The notes under the pieces: generated by a model
The model's input: only the letters and a program-made list of their open reading frames with translations
The model's database searches: none
What the model was told of the DNA's origin: nothing
Part shown: positions 56,474-64,000 of the stretch, piece by piece
Numbering within the stretch: the first letter of the stretch is position 1
Layout of the letters: every line of letters starts with the position of its first letter
DNA from: Candidatus Fraserbacteria bacterium
GTDB taxonomy: Bacteria; Bipolaricaulota; Bipolaricaulia; RBG-16-55-9; DRXL01
DNA length: 64,000 nt
Reading direction: 5' to 3'
NCBI GenBank assembly: GCA_947085185.1
Contig: CAMTVK010000007.1
Span: 32,001 to 96,000 of the forward strand
Translations under genes and position numbers: made by a program

Positions 56474-59091
56474 AGCCATGGTATCACACGATCACCCCCC
56501 ATCGGGACATCCGCGAGGGAAAGTTTGACGAATCGGTCTTCGCCGCCGATCTCTCGGACGTCATGGCCGGTCGAGCATCGGTGGAGTATCGCGATCCGGT
56601 CACGTTCTTTCGCAAGACCTACCCGACGCACGGCTTGAGGAACTTGCTTGCCGCGGTGCTGAAGCGGCTCTCCGGCTCAGGCCACGGGGAGAGCGTCATC
56701 CAAATCCAGACCCCCTTCGGCGGTGGCAAGACCCACAGCTTGATCGCGCTCTATCACGTGTTCAAGCACGCCCAAGAGCTTGAGGGTGTGGAGACCGTGG
56801 CGGAGATCCTCAAGGAAGCCCATACAGAAACAATCCCGCAGACACGGGTGGTGAGCTTTGTCGGGACCGCCCTTGATGCGCTTGGGGGCCGGACGCCCTG
56901 GGGCGAACTGGCGCATCAGTTGGAAGAGTACGAACAGCTCAAGGAGCATGATCGGCGGCGCCGCACCCCAGGGAAGGATCTCTTGCACAAGCTCTTGCAC
57001 GGCGAGCCAACCCTGATCCTCATGGATGAGCTCGCTGAATATGCCGTGAAAGCCAAGGACTTCCGCGACCAGGTGGTGGCGTTCATGCAGGAGCTCACCG
57101 AGACCGTGAAGGTGCTGCCCCGCTGCGCACTGGTGGTGACGCTGCCCTCCAGTGCCCCCTACGGTGAAGAAGGCGAACGTGCGCTCCACGAACTGCAGCA
57201 GATCTTCAAGCGCGTGGAGACCATCAAAACCCCGGTGGAAGGGGAGGAGATCTACGAAGTCATCCGCAGGCGACTCTTTGAAGATCACGGGGATGAAAGA
57301 GAGATCAGGCGCGTCGCCGAAGCCTACTGGGAGCTGTACCAACGCTTAGGGGACGATGTGCCCCGCGAGGTGCGCGAGCTGGCATATCGGGAACGGATGC
57401 GCAAGGCCTATCCGTTTCATCCCGAACTGATCGACGTGCTGTTTGAGCGCTGGAGCACCTTTCCCGATTTTCAGCGCACGCGCGGCGTGTTGCGCCTGCT
57501 GGCCCAGATCGTGGCCGAGCTGTACCGGCAGCAGCATCCCGCGCCGCTCATCCAACCCTGCCACATCAACCTGACCGATCCGGCCATACGCGCCGAGTTC
57601 TTGCGACACATCGGCAACGAGTACCAGGGCGTGATCGCCTCGGACATCGGCGGCCCCAACGCCAAGGCTGAGAAGATCGATCGGGAGATGGGCTCGGAAT
57701 ACGCACGGTTCCGCATTGCCAGCGGGGTGGCACGAGCGATCTTCTTTGCTTCCTTCAGCGGCTCAGAGAAGAAAGGCGTCGGGATTCAGCGGCTGCGGCT
57801 TGCGGTACTCACCCCCGAAATACCCCCAGCGATCGTCAGCGATGCCCTGCGCCGCCTGGAAGATGAGCTATGGTATCTGCATACGGAAGGGGGGCTCTAT
57901 TCGTTCTCCAGCCAGCCCAATCTCAACCGGGTGATCATCGAACGAGAGGAAGCGATCAAACCGGAGCAGATAGAAGAAGAGATCGAGAGACGCCTGGAGC
58001 ACCTGGCGGGCAGGGACATAGAGGTACGGCTCTTCCCCCACGATACGCACGATGTGCCCGATACCAAAGAGCTGAAGCTTGCTGTCCTTCCGCTGGACTA
58101 TCCTCGCCAAGCCAGCCAAACGGAAGAATTCGCAAAGAACCTGCTCACCAAGTGTGGACAGACCTTCCGGGTCTATCGGAACACCTTGGTGCTGCTTGGT
58201 GCCGATGACAGAGAGCTCGCTTCCCTGCGCGAGAATGCCAAACGCTGGCTCGCGCTGCAGACTATTGCCGACGACAAGGAGCTGATGCGGCGGCTTTCGG
58301 ATGAGAACAAGAGATGGCTGGAGACCAAGCGCAAGGATGCCGAAGGCAAGACGGGGTTTCAGCTCCTCAGTGCCTTCAGGCATCTTGCGAAAGCCGGTGT
58401 GGAGAGCACAGGCAGCGTGGAGTGGCACGATCTGGGCATTCCCACAGCAGGAGAAAAGACATCCCTGGCGTCTCGGGTGCGTGAGTACCTGCACACCCAG
58501 GAGCTCTTGCTGGAGAAGCTGTCTCCAAGGCGTCTTGTAGAAAAAGCCTGGCCCCCCGAAGACCAAGAAACACCGATCGAAGAGATCATCGAGGCGTTTC
58601 GCAAGTATCCGAACCTCCCCATGATCAGTGGGGCCCATGCCGTTTTGGATGCCATCGTCCAGGGGGTGCAAGAGGGTATATGGGGCGTGCGGGTTGGCGA
58701 GAAGATATACTTCCGTGAGGCCGTTCCCCGCTCGGCACTGGAAGGGGACGCGGTCTTGGTGCGGGCGGGGCATATCCCCGTATCGCCGCCAGCACCGCAA
58801 GAAATCGAATCTTCTACGACCCTACAGCCAACACCCGCCCCGCCGCCCCCTGCACCTCGCCAAGGGATCCAAACCTACTCTTTGCGGGCCAAAGTGCCAT
58901 GGGACAAGCTCTCGGATTTTGTGCGCGGGGTCGTGACCCCCCTGCGGCAGGACGGCGCAGAGCTGGAGATTGAAGTCTCCCTCCAAGCCCACACCCAATC
59001 CCAGGGGATCAAGAATCAGACGCTCGAACAGAAAGTGCGCGAGACACTCAAGCAGATCGGCGCCGAACTCCTAGATGAGTCGCAAGGGTGA
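56470..59091 (+). CDS. DUF499 AAA+ ATPase
   Basis: FAADL, QTPFGGGKTH, LMDEL, YPFHPEL, FQRTRGVLR. Confidence 0.92.
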   Translation: MKPWYHTITPHRDIREGKFDESVFAADLSDVMAGRASVEYRDPVTFFRKTYPTHGLRNLLAAVLKRLSGSGHGESVIQIQTPFGGGKTHSLIALYHVFKHAQELEGVETVAEILKEAHTETIPQTRVVSFVGTALDALGGRTPWGELAHQLEEYEQLKEHDRRRRTPGKDLLHKLLHGEPTLILMDELAEYAVKAKDFRDQVVAFMQELTETVKVLPRCALVVTLPSSAPYGEEGERALHELQQIFKRVETIKTPVEGEEIYEVIRRRLFEDHGDEREIRRVAEAYWELYQRLGDDVPREVRELAYRERMRKAYPFHPELIDVLFERWSTFPDFQRTRGVLRLLAQIVAELYRQQHPAPLIQPCHINLTDPAIRAEFLRHIGNEYQGVIASDIGGPNAKAEKIDREMGSEYARFRIASGVARAIFFASFSGSEKKGVGIQRLRLAVLTPEIPPAIVSDALRRLEDELWYLHTEGGLYSFSSQPNLNRVIIEREEAIKPEQIEEEIERRLEHLAGRDIEVRLFPHDTHDVPDTKELKLAVLPLDYPRQASQTEEFAKNLLTKCGQTFRVYRNTLVLLGADDRELASLRENAKRWLALQTIADDKELMRRLSDENKRWLETKRKDAEGKTGFQLLSAFRHLAKAGVESTGSVEWHDLGIPTAGEKTSLASRVREYLHTQELLLEKLSPRRLVEKAWPPEDQETPIEEIIEAFRKYPNLPMISGAHAVLDAIVQGVQEGIWGVRVGEKIYFREAVPRSALEGDAVLVRAGHIPVSPPAPQEIESSTTLQPTPAPPPPAPRQGIQTYSLRAKVPWDKLSDFVRGVVTPLRQDGAELEIEVSLQAHTQSQGIKNQTLEQKVRETLKQIGAELLDESQG

Positions 59092-59104
59092 TCGAAACCT
59101 CGTG

Positions 59105-59347
59105 CTACACACTCTCCGTCAGGGCACGACGCAGTCTCTCAACGTCCACCCGATGCCGACAGAGCTCTCCCCCCTCCAGCACCACCACGGGAATATCATA
59201 CCGATAGCGCTCCAACAGCTCCGCGCTCTGAGTAATATCTTGCAACACCAACTCGAAGGGGATCTCCCTCTGAAGCTCGCGCAGCACCCGCTCGGCCTCA
59301 TGACAGAGATGACAGTCGGGCTTCGTGTAGAGCGTGAGAGTCTTCAT
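59105..59347 (-). CDS. glutaredoxin-like protein (DUF836)
   Basis: YTKPDCHLC, YRYDIPV. Confidence 0.85.
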   Translation of the reverse strand: MKTLTLYTKPDCHLCHEAERVLRELQREIPFELVLQDITQSAELLERYRYDIPVVVLEGGELCRHRVDVERLRRALTESV

Positions 59348-60312
59348 ACACCCTCCCTCAAAATAATGCGAAAGCGATGGGGCTCGACTTGACTCACTTT
59401 TCCGGCACGCTCAAGCTCCTCTAAATGAGCATAGACCTCTCCGGCTCCCAAGAGCACGTGATAGTCCTTGAGTCGGCCAAAGAGCTTCTGAGCGAGCTCA
59501 AACGCCGTGCGCGCCTGACCGTCGCTCAAGATCTTTACGATGCGCTCGGACCGCTCACGATGATGCTGAAGGATCCTCTCGATGCGCGGGCGGGGGTCGG
59601 TCCACGGGCGCCCATGGCCCGGCCAGATCTCCAGGCTACGGGCACCCGGCAACGCGAGAATCTTCTCCAATGAGCTCAAAAATTTCCCCAACTGCCCCCC
59701 CGACGTGACGTCCGTCCCACCCACGTTCGACGTATACGTCGGCAACAGATGGTCCCCGGTGAAGAGCTTTTCTCCAAGGAGAAAGCACACCGAGCCTTGG
59801 GTGTGGCCGGGAGTGTGCAGGACGTGTAATTCCAGATCGCCAAAGCGCAACAGTTGGCCGTCGCTCATCGTTTGTGCCCCAGGGACGGAGCGGGCAAGCC
59901 CCGCAAGGTGCGCACGAAAGCCCGCGATCTGCCCAATGATCTCGTCGGGAATTCCCCAGCGCCGCATCGCCTCAAGATAGAGCTGGGAGACGAGCTCCTG
60001 GCGCTCCGCAAAGCACGCCACGTCGGCCCAATCGTCGCGGTGCACATAGACGGCGGCTCCGGACTCATCTTGAATGGCGCGGGCGAGCCCGCAGTGATCG
60101 ATATGTTTATGGGTCAGCAAGATCGCCCCAATATCTTTGAGGGAGCAGCCGTGCTGGGCCAGCTCGCGACGCAATAAGTCCAAAGACTCTGCAGTGCCGA
60201 TGCCCGTGTCTATGAGCACCGCGGGGCTGTGCGGGCTGCGAATCAAAAAGACGTTGGACGGATCCTCAAAATACGGGTTGGGAATGGCAATCTGATGGAG
60301 AGCTACGCTCAT
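59344..60312 (-). CDS. MBL-fold metallo-hydrolase with C-terminal wHTH
   Basis: THKHIDH, HTPGHT, GDHLL, PGHG. Confidence 0.88.
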   Translation of the reverse strand: MSVALHQIAIPNPYFEDPSNVFLIRSPHSPAVLIDTGIGTAESLDLLRRELAQHGCSLKDIGAILLTHKHIDHCGLARAIQDESGAAVYVHRDDWADVACFAERQELVSQLYLEAMRRWGIPDEIIGQIAGFRAHLAGLARSVPGAQTMSDGQLLRFGDLELHVLHTPGHTQGSVCFLLGEKLFTGDHLLPTYTSNVGGTDVTSGGQLGKFLSSLEKILALPGARSLEIWPGHGRPWTDPRPRIERILQHHRERSERIVKILSDGQARTAFELAQKLFGRLKDYHVLLGAGEVYAHLEELERAGKVSQVEPHRFRIILREGV

Positions 60313-60434
60313 AGCACGTCTATCTTAGCAAGGACCAGAGAAAATCACAACATCCGGGTGGCAGCTTCCCACAAAACTCGATAGAATTTTTATGAATCTG
60401 CCAGAATGAACGAGATCGATGGAGAGGAGCCCTC

Positions 60435-60842
60435 ATGGAACGCGCGTTCGTCATGCTCAAACCCGATGCTGTCCGACGCCGACTGATCGGCGAAATTATT
60501 AAGCGCATCGAAGCGAAAAATCTCACCATCACGGCGATGAAGATGATACGTATAGACAGAGCACTTGCGGAAACCCACTACGGCGAACATCGGGAAAAAC
60601 CGTTCTTCAAAGAGCTTGTAGACTTTGTGACCAGCGGGCCTGCCGTCGCCATGATCGTCGAAGGCCCCCATGCGATCAGCGTGATGCGCACCCTGATGGG
60701 GGCGACCAACCCGTTCACGGCTGCGCCTGGGACGATTCGCGGGGATTTTGGGCTCGATCTGACGCAAAATCTCATCCATGGCTCCGACTCCCCCCAGTCG
60801 GCCCAGCGCGAGCTCGCCCTGTTCTTCCCGGAAGAGACCTAA
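60435..60842 (+). CDS. ndk: nucleoside-diphosphate kinase
   Basis: KPDAV, PGTIRGDF, NLIHGSDS. Confidence 0.97.
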   Translation: MERAFVMLKPDAVRRRLIGEIIKRIEAKNLTITAMKMIRIDRALAETHYGEHREKPFFKELVDFVTSGPAVAMIVEGPHAISVMRTLMGATNPFTAAPGTIRGDFGLDLTQNLIHGSDSPQSAQRELALFFPEET

Positions 60843-60861
60843 TCACCAGAGCAAGCGCCAT

Positions 60862-60890
60862 TTGCACGGTCCTGGACTTTCTGCTATACT
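60862..60890 (+). promoter_or_regulatory. promoter upstream of the zinc-ribbon gene and rpoC
   Basis: TTGCAC-N17-TATACT with extended -10 TG. Confidence 0.6.
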
Positions 60891-60979
60891 TGTCGGACCG
60901 ATGGCGGTTTGTGGGTTGGACTCCGTGAGAACTCTCTCTCTTCCAGAACTTTGTGCATGAACTCCATGGGGGGATGCGT

Positions 60980-61213
60980 ATGCCGTTGTATCGCTATCTC
61001 TGTGAGACGTGCGGACATAGCTTTAGCGTGCTCGACTCATTCGAGAGCCCCGACCAGCGCGATTGCGAGGAGTGCGGCGCCTCACGAGCCCGCCGTCTCC
61101 CCTCGCGCGTCGGCATCCAATACAAGGGCACAGGGTTTTACACGACCACCTATAGACGGAAAGGCTCGGAATCCAAAGACGCAGCCCAAACGGCCAACCG
61201 AACAGACACCTAG
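60980..61213 (+). CDS. FmdB-family zinc ribbon protein
   Basis: MPLYRYLCETCGH..CEECG..YKGTGFYTT. Confidence 0.88.
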   Translation: MPLYRYLCETCGHSFSVLDSFESPDQRDCEECGASRARRLPSRVGIQYKGTGFYTTTYRRKGSESKDAAQTANRTDT

Positions 61214-61234
61214 CAGCGCGAAGGGGGAGCAGAC

Positions 61235-64000
61235 GTGATCAGCGGGGACGACATCGCCAAACTGCGTATTGGTTTGGCCTCACCTGAGGAGATCAAGAGC
61301 TGGTCTCGCGGGGAGGTCACCGAATCCGAGACGATCAATTACAGGACGCATAAGGCCGAGCGCGGCGGCCTCTTCGCCGAGGAGATCTTCGGCCCGGAGA
61401 ACGACTACGAGTGCGCCTGCGGAAAGTACCGTGGGCGCAAGCACGAAGGGATCACATGCGAAAAGTGCGGGGTGCTCGTCACAAGCTCCGACGTGCGCCG
61501 CTCCAATATGGCCCACGTGGAGCTCGCCAGCCCCGTCGTCCATTTTTGGTATCTGAAGGGGATCTCCTCGCCCTTGAGCACCTTGCTGGGCATCAAGCGC
61601 GCGACCCTCAAAAAGATCGCGTATTACGAAACAACCCCCATCGAAGAAGAGATGTACATCGTCACCCAGTCGGGCTCTGGGGATTTCTCCAAGGGCGACA
61701 TCGTCTACGGGACGCAGTTGCATATCTTGGGGGAGAAGAAGAAATTCACGGCAGAGCGCCTGTACGCCCTCGAGAGCGACTTTACGATCTCCGCTGAGGG
61801 CGACGGGAAGGTCTCGTTTGAGAAGATCAAGCTCGAAAACGGCGAGGAGCTGAAGCTCATCAAGCTCGCCAATGCCACGAAAGCCTTCCCTGTGCCGCTC
61901 AACGCGGAGATGCTTGTGCAGTCCGGCGAGAAAGCCCAGGTCGGCCAGCCCCTGGCACGCCTGCTCAAAGAAGAGTATCTCAGCGAGACGACTTTTAACT
62001 TCCTCAAGAGCGTCTACCCCGACCTCAAGGGCAAAAAAGTCATAGAAACCGTGGACAGCTTGATCTACCTCGTCACGAGCGTCAAGAGCCCCCACGTGCC
62101 TCTCAAAGTTGGGGATCGCCTCTGGGAGCTCGAAAAGAGCGCTTATGAGAAGCTCTACCCGGGGCAGTTTGAAGCCGAGACTGGGGCTGCAGGGATCAAG
62201 GGCGTCTTAGCGAACTTAGACTTAGCTGCTCTGGAAGCTGAACTCCATGCGATGATCGCGCAAGAGCCCACCGAGGGCAAGCGCAAACGCCTCCTCAAGC
62301 GCCTCGAGATCGTCCAGCAAGTGCGCCGCAGCGGCAACCACCCCCAAAATATGGTGCTCAGTGTTATCCCAATCTTGCCCCCGGAGCTGCGCCCCATCGT
62401 CCAATTAGAGGGCGGCAAGTTCGCCACCACCGATCTCAACGACCTCTACCGACGGATCATCAACAGAAATAACAGGCTGAAAAAGCTCTTAGAGATGGGC
62501 GCTCCCGAAGTGATCTTGCGCAACGAGCGCAGAATGCTCCAAGAGGCCGTGGACGCACTCATCCACAACGAGAAGAAAGACAACCCCATCTTAGGACGAG
62601 ACAATCGCCCCTTAAAATCTTTGAGCGAACGCATCCAGGGCAAGCACGGGCGACTGCGAAGAAATCTCCTTGGCAAGAGAGTTGACTACTCTGGCCGCGC
62701 GGTCATCGTCGTCAACCCCAAGCTCAAACTTCATCAGTGTGGCCTGCCCAAGAAGATGGCCTTAGAGCTTTTTAAGCCCTTTATCCTCTCACGCCTGGGC
62801 GTGACGGCCATCTCAAACTTTGACGACGTCAAGAACAAAGCGCTCTCCGGAGAGATGCCCGAGGTCTGGGATATCCTCGAGCAGCTCGTCAAAGAGCACC
62901 CGGTCCTGCTCAATCGCGCTCCCACCCTGCACCGCCTGGGCATCCAAGGGTTCGAGCCGGTCTTGGTCGACGGGGAGTCCATTCAGATTCACCCGTTTGT
63001 CTGCCGCCCCTACAACGCTGACTTCGACGGCGACATGATGGCCGTGCATCTGCCCCTCAGCAAAGAAGCGATCCAAGAGACGCGCGAGATCATGCTCTCG
63101 TCCAAGAATATCCTCTCCCCGGCCAACGGCAAGCCCCTCAGCATCCCCACCCAGGACGCGATCTTCGCCTATTACTATCTGTCCATACTCGATCCAAACG
63201 GCTTGGGCAAGGGCAAGTATTTTGCCAATCTTGCCGAAGCCCAGCGCGCCTACGAAGAGAAACTCATCTCGCTCCATGCCCCCATCAAAATTCGCATAGA
63301 CGGCAAGCTCATAGACACAACCCTTGGACGCGCCCTGCTCAATACGGCCTTCCCCCCGGATCTGCGCGACTACGGAAAAACTTTCGATTCCGATGCCATC
63401 AATGCGCTCATCATGGAATGCTATTTCAAGCACGGCTTAGAGCGCACCGTGCAGCTCCTCGATGACCTCAAAGACTTAGGGTTCTCGTTTGCGACCAGAT
63501 CGGGATTGACCATCTCTGTGCGCGACTGCTTAATTCCCCCTGAAAAAGAAGCGATTCTCGCCGAAGCGCGGCAGCGCGTCGCCAAGATCAACGAGCGCTA
63601 CGAGCGCGGTCTCGTCACCGACGAAGAGCGCAAGACCAAGATCATAGAAGTCTGGATGGAAACCGTGGACAAGATCGCCGACGCCACCATGAAGAACCTC
63701 GCCCAGCACCCATTCAACCCGATCTATATGATCGTGGAGTCTGGGGCGCGCGGCAGCGCCACCCAAGTGAAGCAGCTCTCCGGGATGCGCGGCCCCATGA
63801 GCGACCCCTCCGGACGCATCATCGAGATGCCGGTCATCTCCAACTTCCGTGAAGGGCTGAACGTCATCGAGTACTTCATCAGCACGCACGGCGGACGCAA
63901 GGGCACCGCCGACACGGCCTTGAAGACTGCCGACTCAGGATATCTGACCCGACGCTTAGTGGACGCCACAGAAGAGCTGATCGTGAAGGCTGAAGATTGT
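61235..64000 (+). CDS. rpoC: RNA polymerase beta' subunit (partial; runs off window end)
   Basis: Manual translation from GTG 61235: IGLASPEEI..ETINYRT..CACGKY..CEKCG, LLGKRVDYSGR, NADFDGD at 63014, GRKGTADTALKTADSGYLTRRL. Confidence 0.98.
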   Translation, partial: MISGDDIAKLRIGLASPEEIKSWSRGEVTESETINYRTHKAERGGLFAEEIFGPENDYECACGKYRGRKHEGITCEKCGVLVTSSDVRRSNMAHVELASPVVHFWYLKGISSPLSTLLGIKRATLKKIAYYETTPIEEEMYIVTQSGSGDFSKGDIVYGTQLHILGEKKKFTAERLYALESDFTISAEGDGKVSFEKIKLENGEELKLIKLANATKAFPVPLNAEMLVQSGEKAQVGQPLARLLKEEYLSETTFNFLKSVYPDLKGKKVIETVDSLIYLVTSVKSPHVPLKVGDRLWELEKSAYEKLYPGQFEAETGAAGIKGVLANLDLAALEAELHAMIAQEPTEGKRKRLLKRLEIVQQVRRSGNHPQNMVLSVIPILPPELRPIVQLEGGKFATTDLNDLYRRIINRNNRLKKLLEMGAPEVILRNERRMLQEAVDALIHNEKKDNPILGRDNRPLKSLSERIQGKHGRLRRNLLGKRVDYSGRAVIVVNPKLKLHQCGLPKKMALELFKPFILSRLGVTAISNFDDVKNKALSGEMPEVWDILEQLVKEHPVLLNRAPTLHRLGIQGFEPVLVDGESIQIHPFVCRPYNADFDGDMMAVHLPLSKEAIQETREIMLSSKNILSPANGKPLSIPTQDAIFAYYYLSILDPNGLGKGKYFANLAEAQRAYEEKLISLHAPIKIRIDGKLIDTTLGRALLNTAFPPDLRDYGKTFDSDAINALIMECYFKHGLERTVQLLDDLKDLGFSFATRSGLTISVRDCLIPPEKEAILAEARQRVAKINERYERGLVTDEERKTKIIEVWMETVDKIADATMKNLAQHPFNPIYMIVESGARGSATQVKQLSGMRGPMSDPSGRIIEMPVISNFREGLNVIEYFISTHGGRKGTADTALKTADSGYLTRRLVDATEELIVKAEDC

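Noticed and set aside
48780..59104. Integrative element boundaries around the defence operon
   Set aside because: No integrase, transposase, tRNA or flanking direct repeats seen.
61269..63969. ORF-track entries across the rpoC region, and 4-872 across dnaG
   Set aside because: These are shadow ORFs; the real genes are open frames running off the window edges.

Overview
A gene-dense bacterial chromosomal segment of moderately high GC. Gene content (type-2 IleRS, beta' with a Thermus/Thermotoga-like insertion, several archaeal-type genes) suggests a deep-branching, probably thermophilic lineage such as Bipolaricaulota/Acetothermia; that assignment is inference only. In order it carries: partial dnaG, gap, pdxST, an orphan parA plus RHH pair, an alkyltransferase-like/endonuclease V fusion, holA, a 10-gene gltD-like/por/kor/gdh operon, purA, birA, ileS, uppP, metK, a secreted vWA-PKD protein, thrS, a phosphate/zinc cluster (pstSCAB-phoU-arsC, phnDCE-HAD, znuACB-zur, AbrB-PhoU regulator), a ~10 kb restriction-like defence locus (SNF2-DUF3883 helicase, small PD-(D/E)XK protein, DUF1156 methyltransferase, DUF499 ATPase), ndk and partial rpoC with no rpoB upstream. 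Main observations: (1) a candidate PhoBR-independent phosphate regulon, with a CTATATAG operator at four promoters including that of an AbrB-PhoU regulator, and a PstA carrying two PDZ-like domains; (2) the defence methyltransferase is split into two genes with one intact and one decayed MNT-HEPN toxin-antitoxin pair translationally coupled between the halves; (3) palindromic REP-like elements inserted in-frame in ileS, birA and the methyltransferase. I saw no rRNA, tRNA, CRISPR array, integrase or transposase. All family calls come from motif recognition by eye, not database searches.
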